Origin: Perna viridis
Taxonomy: Eukaryota
Assembly: GCA_037379345.1 (NCBI GenBank)
Contig: CM074513.1
Span: forward strand, 59,995,195 to 60,059,194
Length of the DNA stretch: 64,000 bases
Reading direction: 5' to 3'
The stretch's first letter is position 1; each line of letters begins with the position of its first letter. A program made the position numbers and the translations under genes. The notes under the pieces were generated by a model. The model saw nothing but the letters and a program-made list of their open reading frames with translations, searched no databases and was not told where the DNA came from. Shown here one piece after another: positions 25,090 through 39,400 of this stretch.

Positions 25090-26660
25090 GTTAGATCCAT
25101 TAAATGAGCAAAAATTGTACTAAAATGTTGTTTTACTATCCATGGCCTAAAAACAACAGATTAAAATCAACAGTGTACTGAGTAGTTGATATCCACAAAA
25201 GTGTCCTTAAAGGTCTCCTGTTATTTAACGTATTCATAAATGACATTTTTATTTTTGTAAAAACGATACGTTGTACAATTATGCAGATGAAAACACTATC
25301 ATTTTGTAGTTCTGGTTTTAATTTATTGATTTCAACCATAGAAACAGAGTCAAATATTCTTAAAGACTGGTTCAAATTTTATGAGATGCAAACGAATCCT
25401 GACAAATTTCGTAATCTGGCAATTGGTAAAAGAACTTTTGACATTAATCCTACCATTTATATTCAGACTTAACACTTATTTGTTAAGAAACTGTTAAATT
25501 GTTAGGCATTGAGATTAATTATACACATAAGTATCATTTGTTCACAGCAACTAAATGTTCGAAAGCTTTAAGTCTTTATTTTCCAGAAGCCGGGTTAGGG
25601 TCACAGGAAAAATATATATATGTCTTATAACTTACTGTTTTTCAAACCTTTAATCATAGTTAGTAATTTTAATGTTTGTCGTTATGCATGGCACATTTGT
25701 ATGGTAAAAAAATATACAAAATCTTGAAAAGATGCAAGATAGAACACTTCGTTTTGTGTATGATGATTTTGTTAGCTCGTATGGAAATCTTTTAGATGAA
25801 GCTGAAGTGCTTTCTTTACAAACCAGGAGGTTAAGGACTATGGTAATTAAAACTTATAAAATTGTAAACAAAGTAAAACCTGTTTGTCTACATAATTCAG
25901 TTCATTTAAAAGTTTTCAAGTATTCTTTCAGACATTCCAATATCTTGGACATACCAAGAGTTCACACTACAAAGTATGGTAAGAAATCTTTCAAATTTGC
26001 CGCAGCGACATTGTAGAACGACCTCCCGGACCATTTCTGGACTTAAAATAATTTTCAGCATTTAATAGTTTATGACTCAGTCCTGGAACGGATCGAAATA
26101 TTGCAAACAGCTTAGTTTATGTTTGGTTGCAGTTTCGTGCTAAATTAATTTTTGTTACCTTTTAGATTTTATTTAGCAGCTTATGATTCCTTACTCTTAG
26201 ATAGCTTTTTTCTGTAGTTTTAAACTCTTAGTGATTAATGCTATAATTTTTACAACTCTAGTGCTTAATTTATGTAATTTTGTGTGTGCTTTCTTTGCCT
26301 TCTTCTGTGCAGGTAAATGATTGCATGTTTGTGAATATTTAATATTTTTAAACACGAATATTAATAATGTAACTCCGGCATTTAGTAATATTAGTGATAA
26401 ATCTAAAAACAGAATTATATTTAATAGTAACTCTAAGCGTATCTGTCAGCAATATATGGTGCTGAAATGTATCTGGTGCGTAATATTACTGATAATATTG
26501 CATATTTTGTTTTTACTCATATTTCCCTCATTTTGATATTTTGATATAGAGTATGCTGTAACTGTTCATCTTTTGTGTTCATGTACATATTGCTCGATAA
26601 TCTTGTATATACTTACGCATGTTGTAATCTCCATTAGAGGAAATAAAGACATGAATGAAT
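25090..26660 (+). mobile_element. L2/CR1-group LINE 3' half, degenerate
   Basis: LLFNVFINDI, LYNYADEN, NPDKF, QDRTLRFVYDD, TTKYGKKSFKFAAATL*NDLP; AT-rich 3' UTR ending aataaa...atgaatgaat. Confidence 0.8.
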
Positions 26661-27049
26661 ATTCATAATATATATTTCTTGTACAAGTAAAAAGTGATTA
26701 TATTATAGATTGTATTAAGCTTGTAATTTCTTTGTACCACAACCAACCCTAACATACACTCCCTGACTGAAATGAGAATTTGAAGTCTTATATCCAGTAT
26801 TTTGGTGTTTTTTAGACATTTTTATTCAGATAGGGTACATCTACATCTACATTTATATCTATACAATTGATCTGCAACGGTAAATTCAATAACACAGATA
26901 CTGCATAACATCAACTTGGGTGCAAGGTATTTTTATGTACAAGTGCAAGTTAAAATCGTATAAAGACATTTGTTGCTCGTATGCCCTTATCTTGATATAA
27001 TTAATATAGAATCAATTGGTTAAAATGAGTAATAGGTGAAAAAGAATAA

Positions 27050-27470
27050 AGTTAAGCGGGTAGTAAAAGTGCTATTTAGCTCAAAACTCTAAAAAAAAAA
27101 GTCATTTGCGGAAATACCGTTTTGTTTTACCGTGTTTGTTCATTGACTATAAACGCCTTGAATCGGTTCTCTCGGAGTCTTTCGTTCATTTCGTGATAAT
27201 ATGGCAACTCAAATCGAAGAGTGGATGTGTCAAGAACTGCAAAATCTAGGCATCCCTGCTTCTCGTGAAAATGCACAGTATGTTATCTTTAAACGGCTGT
27301 TTTGTCATGTCAATATATTTAATGTCGAATTTTTCATTACATGCGTCAAACAGCTGGTTAACATGACTTTCTCTCATACATTAAAAATGATGATTGTGCA
27401 ATAATGCCAATATCCAACTTCCGTACAAAAAATCTGTTAATGACTGATAGTTACTAGCATCGTCTAAAAT
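27050..27470 (+). promoter_or_regulatory. Probable TRIP4 promoter/5' region
   Basis: Locally CpG-retaining sequence around the ATG; ETS-like gcggaaat near 27108 and acttccgt near 27417. Confidence 0.45.
27201..27277 (+). CDS. TRIP4: TRIP4 exon 1 (MATQIEEWMCQELQNLGIPASRENAQ)
   Basis: ATG in a CpG-richer region; ca|gtatgt donor; the phase 2 join gives QYILSIE. Confidence 0.85.
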
Positions 27471-30400
27471 GTTCACTTTGTCTTACTTTTTCCCTTTATC
27501 TTTATATGGTTGATTTATTTGGAGTTTTGAACAGGTAAAAAGTAACCAATAAGATTCTGAAAAAAAGGATTTTTGTAGTAGACAGGATTGGAGTCATGCT
27601 CTTTCTCCTTGTTTGTTGTGCAGCAAAATTTAATCAAACTTCTCACTTATAATATGAGGAAGGTGAAACCTTAAACACCCCCAAAGAAGCATATGAATCA
27701 AATCCTTTCATAATTTTTGTCAGCCCTGTTATTAACTTCCAAAAATGGTACAATTTGTTGTGATATACAGTTTTATTGTCCTTATGCATTCTTTTACTGT
27801 CATGGTCTGATACATGTATGGGCTAAAATGTTAGGATTTGGTAAGGAACTGTGTGTTGTCATGGTCCGAAATGTCTTTAGGTCAAATTGTCTGGTATTGC
27901 AGTGTGGGAAACCACCACTTGCCAGCTCGCCAAATACATGTATATGTGTAATTTGGCGAGTTCTCATTAGCTAACATTCATCAATTTGGCGACAGTCATT
28001 TGATTGGCGAGCTCCAAGGAAAGTTAACCAGCCAACAGGTTATTTAGTTAAACATCCCTTAACAACGTACATTAAAAACATGTTCCCTACATTTTAAGAA
28101 GTTTAGCTTTAAATCTAATATATCAAGTGAATTTTGGCATGATATGCACAATTTAATTGATGTAAAGCAGTGATGTCACTAAGTTTTTAAGTAGCTGGCT
28201 AATTAGATAAAGTAGGCGGCGAACCCGCCCATTACCGCAGGGGGTCCGGGGGCCGCTCAAGACCCCCGGAAGCTCAGGGGTAAATGGTGCAATATCCTGC
28301 ATTCTAGGGCTCTCCTGGGCCATTGTACAGGACAATAAGATTACAAATTATCTTGGTAATTTATAATATGTTACCTTAAATTATTTGTTTATTGTCGAAA
28401 TAAAAATGAACAAGAAGCAATGATAAACATTTTCTTGTTTCATAATGATGAATCTGTTGAAATATAATTTTATTTTTAAAATATGAGTTAGAAATGGAGT
28501 ACTTATTGTACATGAAAAACTTCAGTGGGAGGGAATATTCGTGAAAACAGATGATAGTACAGACAAAAAAACCAAAAAATTTGGCTAGTTGAATTTCTAT
28601 TTGGCTAGCAAGATCAATATTCCACTAGCCAGAATGGCAAATTGGGAATAAAAATTGTTTCCCATACTGTATTGATAAGCTAGTTACATCATTTTCATAA
28701 ATATTTGGATGTCATGTTTTGACCATCCCTATCTTGAAAAAAGCTAAGATTCGATTTGTATTTAATCATTGAAGCTAGCTAATGTTTCCTAGACTGGTGT
28801 GGTTCTCAATTGCATTTACCAAGTATTCTCTTTTCCGAACATCCGGGCACTTCGAGATCAAGGAGGTGTAGCGAAGTGAAGCTTCAAATGTGCCTTTGGT
28901 TAACATACGTAATACCTGAAAGCTAATTCAAATCCTTAGCAGCGATCTTCTTTGTTGGTAAAATTTCTTCTTTAAACGATCTTTTCAATTGACCAATCAA
29001 ATTAAAGTGTGACGTCACACCGAAAAAGAGAATACAAGAATAAAGCTGCCATGACACTATTTTTAAGCTCCCAATTTTACATGCACATACTGATGGATAC
29101 TGATGGTTTTTCTGGCTATAAGTATACTGAAGTCAGTTGAAAATACAACCATTAATGCTCCCGAAATTAATAAGAGTGTGGCCATTTGAAAGATGACAAT
29201 TCATGTTATATTTGTTACTCAGATAAGAGAAACAAAAGAACTCATTTAATTAGGGCCTTTTACAGCTTGCTGTACGGTATGGATTTTGCCCATCATTGAG
29301 GACAGTGTGGTGACCTGTAGAAGTTTGATTGTTCATTGCTTGACTTTTGTTGGATGACTGTCTCATACATGTAGGCAATCCCACAGCTGCTATTTGTATA
29401 TCATTAAACATACCTTAGGAGTTAACTCTCTCGCTTTCAGCAAGAGCTTCCCAAGTTTTCATCACAGAGTCATGAATCTCCATCTTCCATGCCCATCCCT
29501 CACCAAACCAGAACATAATGGTGTTTATCCAAACTTTCACAAATTCTAATTAAAACAATTCAAGTGAAAGGATCTAATTGGTCATGAAAAAATGGGTAAT
29601 CATGTCCATAAAAAATACCATTACTACAATTGTTGTGATACACAAAATTGACAGCTTCCTGTATAACATCTTCAATTCCATCAAGGTAAATAGTTTTTAA
29701 TTTTTAACATACAATGTAGCTTTCCAGTCAAAATACCTGTCATGCCTGTGTATTGAGGTTAATCCCGTTGTTTGAAACTTAAAATAAATAATTGTTGTAA
29801 AAACAAACCTGTTAACTATATAAACAAAATGTTAAGGTTAATTTGTTTTTTGACACTTTTGTGACTTAACTAATGTAAGAATACCTACATGTATACATTT
29901 GCCAATATTGGTCTGGTAAAACATAAAAATGATGATCACAGAAATTCAATTAAAGCTTGTGACTCTTTTATATATATAAATATTTCAGTTTCATGACAAG
30001 AAGGAAAAAAGTGCAAAAAAGAATGGTTTTTGTCTTGTTGAAAGGATTCAAATTCTTGGCCAAGCAACATGATGGCTTTCACTTAAAACCACTGTAATTA
30101 GAACCCTTCATCAATGAGGTTCTCTGAAAGTCACCAGTTCATAATGTGGAGAAAAAAAGGAATAAATCTCAGAGATAACATTAAAAGTAAATAGTTAAAA
30201 TTTCTAGTTTTATTGCAAAAAGGTTGAAAGCTTAAATGTGTTGTGCAAATGTTGCTAAGACAAATCTCCTTTTTGAAAACTTAGAGAGGGATGTTTCCCT
30301 CTGAGTTTTCAAAGGTTAACACCTACATGTATAGTAAAAAGGATTTTTTTTATATACATTGTTATATTTGTGTTAATTATAAAGATAAACATGGATGGTT

Positions 30401-33400
30401 AGTGAATTCTAAATATACCACCCCTACTTCTGTCTAGACAGGCTTAGTCTTGATACACATTGGTTTATAAACTCAATAAATTGGGATAAAGCACAAATGG
30501 TTTTCAGTAAAATCCCTTGATAAATTCTGAAAAAGTCTGATTCAAGTCAGTGTTTGGGAATGTAAGGAATAGAAAGATAGGTTCATTTAGATTGAATATC
30601 AACATACATTTGTACTATTACATTCACACATTATTAATACATTCACATCACAATATCAATACATTCGTATTATAACATAAATACACTCATACATTACTGA
30701 ATTCACATTTGTATTGATACTTAAAATATTAACTACCCAAAAATTTATGTAGGCCAATTGTTAAAAATCAAAGTTTTAGCCATAATAGTATGTAAAAAAG
30801 GTTGATATTTAACCTAGGGTATCCCATAAAACCTTTACTGCTTATTTCCAATGGGATCCTTTATAGCAATTCAGGCTAAAAAATAAAAATGAACAATGTG
30901 ACAGACACATAATTTAGGCAGGCTTAGTTAAATATAGAAAATAAATTTACATAGTGAGGTCACTAATAAAATTTTCCTTCATTTGATCAAAAAGATACTT
31001 TTTGACACCAGTTTTGAAATTATTAATATTTTTGACTTTTTCAAATTCCTGTGGCACAGTTTTCCAATCTCTTACAGCATTGTAGTAAAAAGTATTAGAT
31101 GAAGTACAAAACAAATGAGTTAATGAAGAAATTTTGTCCATTGTTTATATTACTGGCCTATATAATACAGTGTTCTAGCTAGGATTTGAAAATAGAGGAG
31201 GGGGGGGCAGGGAAGAGAGCACCTTATCATGTAGCATGCTTTTTTTAAACCAAAAAGGGACATTAATCTTAGTTTTTTAAGATTTATGTTTGCATTTAGT
31301 CAAAAATATCTTCATTCATTTTTTTCTTTTCTTGTATGTTTGTATTCTTATTACATACCTACCAACTTTTGAAAATGAAGGTGGGACAATGTGTGAATGG
31401 GCAGTGTTGCATCATATTTTGCTATTTTTCTCAACATAGGTACATTCATTTAGTCATGATTTTATTGTTATTCAAAGCACACTTAACATTAATACTCATT
31501 GCCATTCAGCGGATTTTTCTCTTTCATTTGATATTAAATTAATTTTAATAAATGCAGTAGTTATCACAAACATTCAATGACAAATCATACTTCATGAACC
31601 TTTAAAAAAGTGAATTTTTTGCTTACTTGTCTAAAAAGACCTACTGTAATTTTGAAATGGAAAATATTTATAATCCTCTTATTTTAAATAAATAAAAAAT
31701 ATATGTTGCCATTCTCCAGTCTTTTAGCTTTAATTTTGAATATCACTCATCAAAATCTGTCCAGTGGTTAAATACCCTTAGTAAAGTTATCCTATTTTCA
31801 ACAGAGAAATTTTAGAAAATTGGCTAATAAACAGCCAAATAGCAATGGCAGTGTTCTATATAGATTATTACCAGTAACTTCTCCCCAATCAGACCTACAT
31901 TGTAAATTATAGATTATTACCAGTAACTTCTCCCCAATCAGACCTACATTGTAAATTATAGATTATTACCAGTAACTTCTCCCCAATTACAATCAGACCT
32001 ACATTGTAAATTATAGAGGTAATCAGACCTACATTGTAAATTATAGATTATTACCAGTAACTTCTCCCCAATCACAATCAGACCTACATTGTAAATTATA
32101 GATTATTACCAGTAACTTCTCCCCATTCACAATCAGACCTACATTGTAAATTATAGATTATTACCAGTAACTTCTCCCCATTCACAATCAGACCTACATT
32201 GTAAATTATAGATTATTACCAGTAACTTCTCCCCAATCACAATCAGACCTGTAAATTATAGATTATTACCAGTAACTTCTCCCCAATCACAATCAGACCT
32301 GTAAATTATAGATTATTACCAGTAACTTCTCCCCAATCACAATCAGACCTACATTGTAAATTATAGATTATTACCAGTAACTTCTCCCCAATCACAATCA
32401 GACCTGTAAATAATAGATTATTACCAGTAACTTCTCTCCAATCACAATCAGACCTGTAAATTATAGATTATTACCAGTAACTTCTCCCCAATCACAATCA
32501 GACCTGTAAATTATAGATTATTACCAGTAACTTCTCCCCAATCAGACCTGTAAATTATAGAGGTAACCAGTAACTTCTCCCCAATCACAATCAGATCTGT
32601 AAATTATAGAGGTAACCAGTAACTTCTCCCCAATCACAATCAGACCTACATTGTAAATTATAGAGGTAACCAGTAACTTCTCCCCAATCACAATCAGACC
32701 TACATTGTAAATTATAGATTATTACCAGTAACTTCTCCCCAATCACAATCAGACCTACGTTGTAAATTATAGATTATTACCAGTAACTTCTTCCCAATCA
32801 CAATCAGACCTACATTGTAAATTATAGATTATTACCAGTAACTTCTCCCCAATTACAATCAGACCTACATTGTAAATTATAGAGGTAACCAGTAACTTCT
32901 CCCCAATCACAGTCAGACCTGTAAATTATAGAGGTAACCAGTAACTTCTCCCCAATCACAATCAGACCTGTAAATTATAGAGGTAACCAGTAACTTCTCC
33001 CCAATCAGACCTGTAAATTATAGAGGTAAACAGTAACTTCTCCCCAATCAGACCTGTAAATTATAGAGGTAACCAGTAACTTCTCCCCAATCAGACCTGT
33101 AAATTATAGAGGTAACCAGTAACTTCTCCCCTATCAGACCTGTAAATTATAGAGGTAACCAGTAACTTCTCCCCAATCAGACCTGTAAATTATAGATTAT
33201 TACCAGTAACTTCTCCCCAATCACAATCAGACCTGTAAATTATAGATTATTACCAGTAACTTCTCCCCAATCAGACCTGTAAATTATAGAGGTAACCAGT
33301 AACTTCTCCCCAATCACAATCAGATCTGTAAATTATAGAGGTAACCAGTAACATCTCCCCAATCACAATCAGACCTACATTGTAAATTATAGAGGTAACC

Positions 33401-36400
33401 AGTAACTTCTCCCCAATCACAATCAGACCTACATTGTAAATTATAGATTATTACCAGTAACTTCTCCCCAATCACAATCAGACCTACATTGTAAATTATA
33501 GATTATTACCAGTAACTTCTCCCCAATCACAATCAGACCTGTAAATTATAGATTATTACCAGTAACTTCTCCCCAATCACAATCAGACCTGTAAATTATA
33601 GATTATTACCAGTAACTTCTCCCCAATCACAATCAGACCTACATTGTAAATTATAGATTATTACCAGTAACTTCTCCCCAATCACAATCAGACCTGTAAA
33701 TAATAGATTATTACCAGTAACTTCTCTCCAATCACAATCAGACCTGTAAATTATAGATTATTACCAGTAACTTCTCCCCAATCACAATCAGACCTGTAAA
33801 TTATAGATTATTACCAGTAACTTCTCCCCAATCAGACCTGTAAATTATAGAGGTAACCAGTAACTTCTCCCCAATCACAATCAGATCTGTAAATTATAGA
33901 GGTAACCAGTAACTTCTCCCCAATCACAATCAGACCTACATTGTAAATTATAGAGGTAACCAGTAACTTCTCCCCAATCACAATCAGACCTACATTGTAA
34001 ATTATAGATTATTACCAGTAACTTCTCCCCAATCACAATCAGACCTACGTTGTAAATTATAGAGGTAACCAGTAACTTCTCCCCAATCACAATCAGACCT
34101 ACATTGTAAATTATAGATTATTACCAGTAACTTCTCCCCAATCACAATCAGACCTACGTTGTAAATTATAGATTATTACCAGTAACTTCTTCCCAATCAC
34201 AATCAGACCTACATTGTAAATTATAGATTATTACCAGTAACTTCTCCCCAATTACAATCAGACCTACATTGTAAATTATAGAGGTAACCAGTAACTTCTC
34301 CCCAATCACAGTCAGACCTGTAAATTATAGAGGTAACCAGTAACTTCTCCCCAATCACAATCAGACCTGTAAATTATAGAGGTAACCAGTAACTTCTCCC
34401 CAATCAGACCTGTAAATTATAGAGGTAAACAGTAACTTCTCCCCAATCAGACCTGTAAATTATAGAGGTAACCAGTAACTTCTCCCCAATCAGACCTGTA
34501 AATTATAGAGGTAACCAGTAACTTCTCCCCTATCAGACCTGTAAATTATAGAGGTAACCAGTAACTTCTCCCCAATCACAATCAGACCTGTAAATTATAG
34601 AGGTAACCAGTAACTTCTCCCCAATCAGACCTGTAAATTATAGAGGTAACCAGTAACTTCTCCCCAATCAGACCTGTAAATTATAGAGGTAACCAGTAAC
34701 TTCTCCCCAATCAGACCTGTAAATTATAGAGGTAACCAGTAACTTCTCCCCAATCAGACCTGTAAATTATAGAGGTAACCAGTAACTTCTCCCCAATCAG
34801 ACCTGTAAATTATAGATTATTACCATTAACTTCTCCCCAATCAGACCTGTAAATTATAGAGGTAACCAGTAACTTCTCCCCAATCAGACCTGTAAATTAT
34901 AGAGGTAACCAGTAACTTCTCCCCAATCACAATCAGATCTGTAAATTATAGAGGTAACCAGTAACATCTCCCCAATCACAATCAGACCTACATTGTAAAT
35001 TATAGAGGTAACCAGTAACTTCTCCCCAATCACAATCAGACCTACATTGTAAATTATAGATTATTACCAGTAACTTCTCCCCAATCACAATCAGACCTAC
35101 GTTGTAAATTATAGATTATTACCAGTAACTTCTTCCCAATCACAATCAGACCTACATTGTAAATTATAGATTATTACCAGTAACTTCTCCCCAATTACAA
35201 TCAGACCTACATTGTAAATTATAGAGGTAACCAGTAACTTCTCCCCAATCACAGTCAGACCTGTAAATTATAGAGGTAACCAGTAACTTCTCCCCAATCA
35301 CAATCAGACCTGTAAATTATAGAGATAACCAGTAACTTCTCCCCAATCAGACCTGTAAATTATAGAGGTAAACAGTAACTTCTCCCCAATCAGACCTGTA
35401 AATTATAGAGGTAACCAGTAACTTCTCCCCAATCAGACCTGTAAATTATAGAGGTAACCAGTAACTTCTCCCCTATCAGACCTGTAAATTATAGAGGTAA
35501 CCAGTAACTTCTCCCCAATCACAATCAGACCTGTAAATTATAGAGGTAACCAGTAACTTCTCCCCAATCAGACCTGTAAATTATAGAGGTAACCAGTAAC
35601 TTCTCCCCAATCAGACCTGTAAATTATAGAGGTAACCAGTAACTTCTCCCCAATCAGACCTGTAAATTATAGAGGTAACCAGTAACTTCTCCCCAATCAG
35701 ACCTGTAAATTATATAGGTAACCAGTAACTTCTCCCCAATCAGACCTGTAAATTATAGAGGTAACCAGTAACTTCTCCCCAATCAGACCTGTAAATTATA
35801 GAGGTAACCAGTAACTTCTCCCCAATCAGACCTGTAAATTATAGAGGTAAGTATTGATGTTTAATAGACCACCCCTTTTTCAGTCAATAAAATTCACAGA
35901 TAAAAACTGTATTATAAAATAAAATCAGGTTTATTATGGTGAAAATTCATTTTATTTATTTCTGAGTTATTGAACTGTAATACTCTAAAAAGGTAGGTAT
36001 TTTTCATGTCGCATCATGAAGTGAGAATGCCTTATTTGCTTAGTTGTTATCTTAAGGCCTGTATACTTTTTGATAAAAATCCTTATTTTGTTCACAAGTT
36101 ATGGAAGTTATACAGTTTGCTTCCTATTGAGATACAACAATGTAGGTGTATCATGTGTCGTTAATGTAGCTATTTATTGTTTACTATTATTTGTGAATGT
36201 ATTTGCCTTTTTCATATCACCGCAAAAAAAAATTTTTTTGTACCCTTCATAAACAAAGTTGTATATTGTTTCACCCTGTCTGTCCATCCGTCTTCGTCTG
36301 TTCGTTTGTCTGTCCACACTATTTTCTAAGCCCCTTGCAGCATTGTTATGAAACTTTGTGGGTTGTAATATAACCACATGAAGATGTGCATACTGTCAGG

Positions 36401-39400
36401 TATTTATTTTTGGACAAAAGTTGTAGAAATGACGGCTGTTGAACATTTTTCAGCAAAACTTGGTCTGATGTGTTGTCTGCAACTCCTCCTCAAAGACTTG
36501 TAGGACTATTATTGAACTTATTGGGGTGTTATATCATATTAGGATGTGCATATTGTCAGGAATATATGGGCAAACATTGTAGAAGTGACGGCTGTTGAAT
36601 TAAGGCATTTTTCATAACAACTTGGTCTAATGCCTTGTCAACTTGCATGATTAGTATGAAACTTAATAGGGTGTTATATTACAGTATTGGGGTGTACAGG
36701 AATTTATGTTAAAAGTAAATTTCCATTTATATTCTGTCATTGTGTTGTCAACAACAAAAAATAGTACTTAAATTGTGTGTCCACATTGGTCCAAAAATGT
36801 TGTGCAATATTGTGTTAAACCAGTCGTTGTGTCCATTATGAACTGTAAGCCACTATGCTTAAGTGTGTCAAAAAACTAATATTGTGTTTACACACTCCCC
36901 AAGTGAACAGAGTTCAATCTGTGGTCATATCATGCTGCACTCTACAAAGCCCTTTAGTATGATAAGTCATACAGAAAACCAAATTGTAATGTATTCCAAC
37001 ATATGTTACTAGGCTAAAACTAGGATGTATATATTATATACTACATGTACTGGCAATCAATACACTATCGCTTGACAATAAACAAAGTTATTTGCAGATG
37101 GGACAAAAACAGGACTTATTGCTTACTTCTTCCATACCGGTATATGAATATTTCCAGCTATGAAATTAACTTTCTGCTTTTTTATTGGAAATAGAATGAA
37201 AACAACTGACTACTATTTTCAATGGTAATGGCCAATAGCCAGAAATTCTAATATACAAATATATATTTCCTACTTTTGGACTTGATTGGTGAAAAAAGTA
37301 TTAAAGTATCACACTGTCAAGTACCCCATTACATTTGTATTTGTTTTAAAACAACTGTTTAGAGATTGAAGATTTAATAAATAGTGTCATCTTTTTATCT
37401 ATGACAGTTTAACCAGGGTAGGAAACTCACTCAAATTCTAGCCGGTCCTGAATACAATTTTTCAACATATTTTCTATATGACTATATAGATTTTTGCTTA
37501 AATTAACCACCCCTGCCAAAAAATAACCAGTCTCGGGGTGGCGGGCAGGCTACTATTTCTAACTTTGGCTTAACTGATCTTAATACTCCATACTTTTTGT
37601 AATAAGAACACTCTGATTTTGATCTTTGTTTTAGGTATATACTAAGTATTGAAACTGCTGAAGATTTAAAGGAATACATGTTAGAATTACTGGATGGCAC
37701 TAACCCACAGGTTCACAAGTTTATACATGAGTTATTAGAAAAGTGGGACCCACCAGAGAAAGGAAGTCAAAGAATATTCGAGGTATTAATGAAAAAAAAT
37801 GTGATCTACATCAGTGTTCTCCATGAGCTATGTTAGCATGGTGCGCCGCCATGAGTTTAAAAATCAGTGCCATGGTTAAATTGATGTCTGCCATTATTAA
37901 ATTTCAATTACCATTATCGGCCTACAGAGAACCCCATCAGTTACTGATTCAGAAGCCAATCTGAAGATAATTACGACATTGGTCGGAAAATAGAGAAGAA
38001 AATAGAAAGAAAAAATTCCCCAAGTTTAAATATAGTACCAATAGAATGATGAAGAAAACTGGACTTTTCAACTAGATGCACATGCTTTGACCCATATCTG
38101 TCCACATTCAATGACTGTACATGGGGTTTCTGTCAATAATGAACTTCTTGTTAAAATCCCTCCCCCATGTCAACTTCTCGGATTCATGCACATACATCAA
38201 TGTACTTTTGCACCTAAATGTATATGCTGGTTTCATTACAGTGACTTCCTGAAAATTATCAACAATTTCTGGCCAGAGTAATAGTCATTATAAATGCTAA
38301 AAAATGACAGTAACAACAACTAGAAAACATACGAGACAACAAAAATAAAAACATTTAAAATGATTTTATAGAGTTTAGTAAAAACAGTGAAGAATTTATT
38401 TAATATATTCAAAAATATATATATGCAAAAACTGAAAAATACAACTATAAAAATATGCAATTGTTTAATGTTACACATTGTCATTGTCAAGATGTCATCT
38501 TAGTAGACATTGCCAGCCTTGATGGTTTTGTCCTAGCATGCAGGCCTTTATCAGAAGAGGTCAAAGGTTTGATCTCCAGATGAGCGGTACGAAAGACTTA
38601 AAAATTGCTAGTCACTAATTTTCTCCTGTTACATGTCCAAGATTTATATTTCTCTATGCAGGTTGACAAAGTTTTGACCGGCCTAGTTTTCTAGTTGGAA
38701 AAACCTGGGTTTACTAGGGTTGGGCTAATGGGTAATGTGTTTTTCAAGCTTATTCAAACCACTAATGGATAAAACATTTTATTATTTCATTGTATTATCA
38801 CTTAATAAATACACTATATATACAGAAACATTAAATGTAACAAGTTCACCTGTCAATTTCATCTTTCCTCACAACATCCTGAAACAGAATACAAGTTTTG
38901 CACCTTTTTGTATGCTAGTTGTATATTCACTTCATTTCATTAATTAGGACCCTGTCTTGAAAACTGGCAGACACCTTATTGTAAACAGCCTGACTGTCAG
39001 TCCATCTGTCCATAACACACAAAGTTTTTGTTTTGATTTATTACCAGTCGGAAAATATCTGCCATTACTATTAATAGAACATATGGGTCAAACAGCAGTT
39101 TTTTGCATATATCTTCCAAACCATTAGATTTAGCCAAATTGTGACTGGATTAAAGTGTTCAGCATGGCTAGATCTATATGTGGTTAAATTTTCATGAAAT
39201 TCTGTTAAGCCATATTGGATTTGTTGCCTTTTTACACGACCCCAAAAACATATACAATATAATTGGTATATACCGGTAATTGTATGGCACTTTCGTCCAA
39301 TTTGTATTCATCCGTAGACACATGGTTTTTGTGTGACAACTACAATATTAATCAGTCGATCTTTATAAAATTTTATAACAAGGTTCAAAATCACTTAAGA

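Noticed and set aside
31859-35850. CRISPR-like appearance of the long arrays (also 12400-13200)
   Set aside because: There are no unique spacers and no cas genes, and the context is a eukaryotic intron; the variation is modular indels of a satellite.
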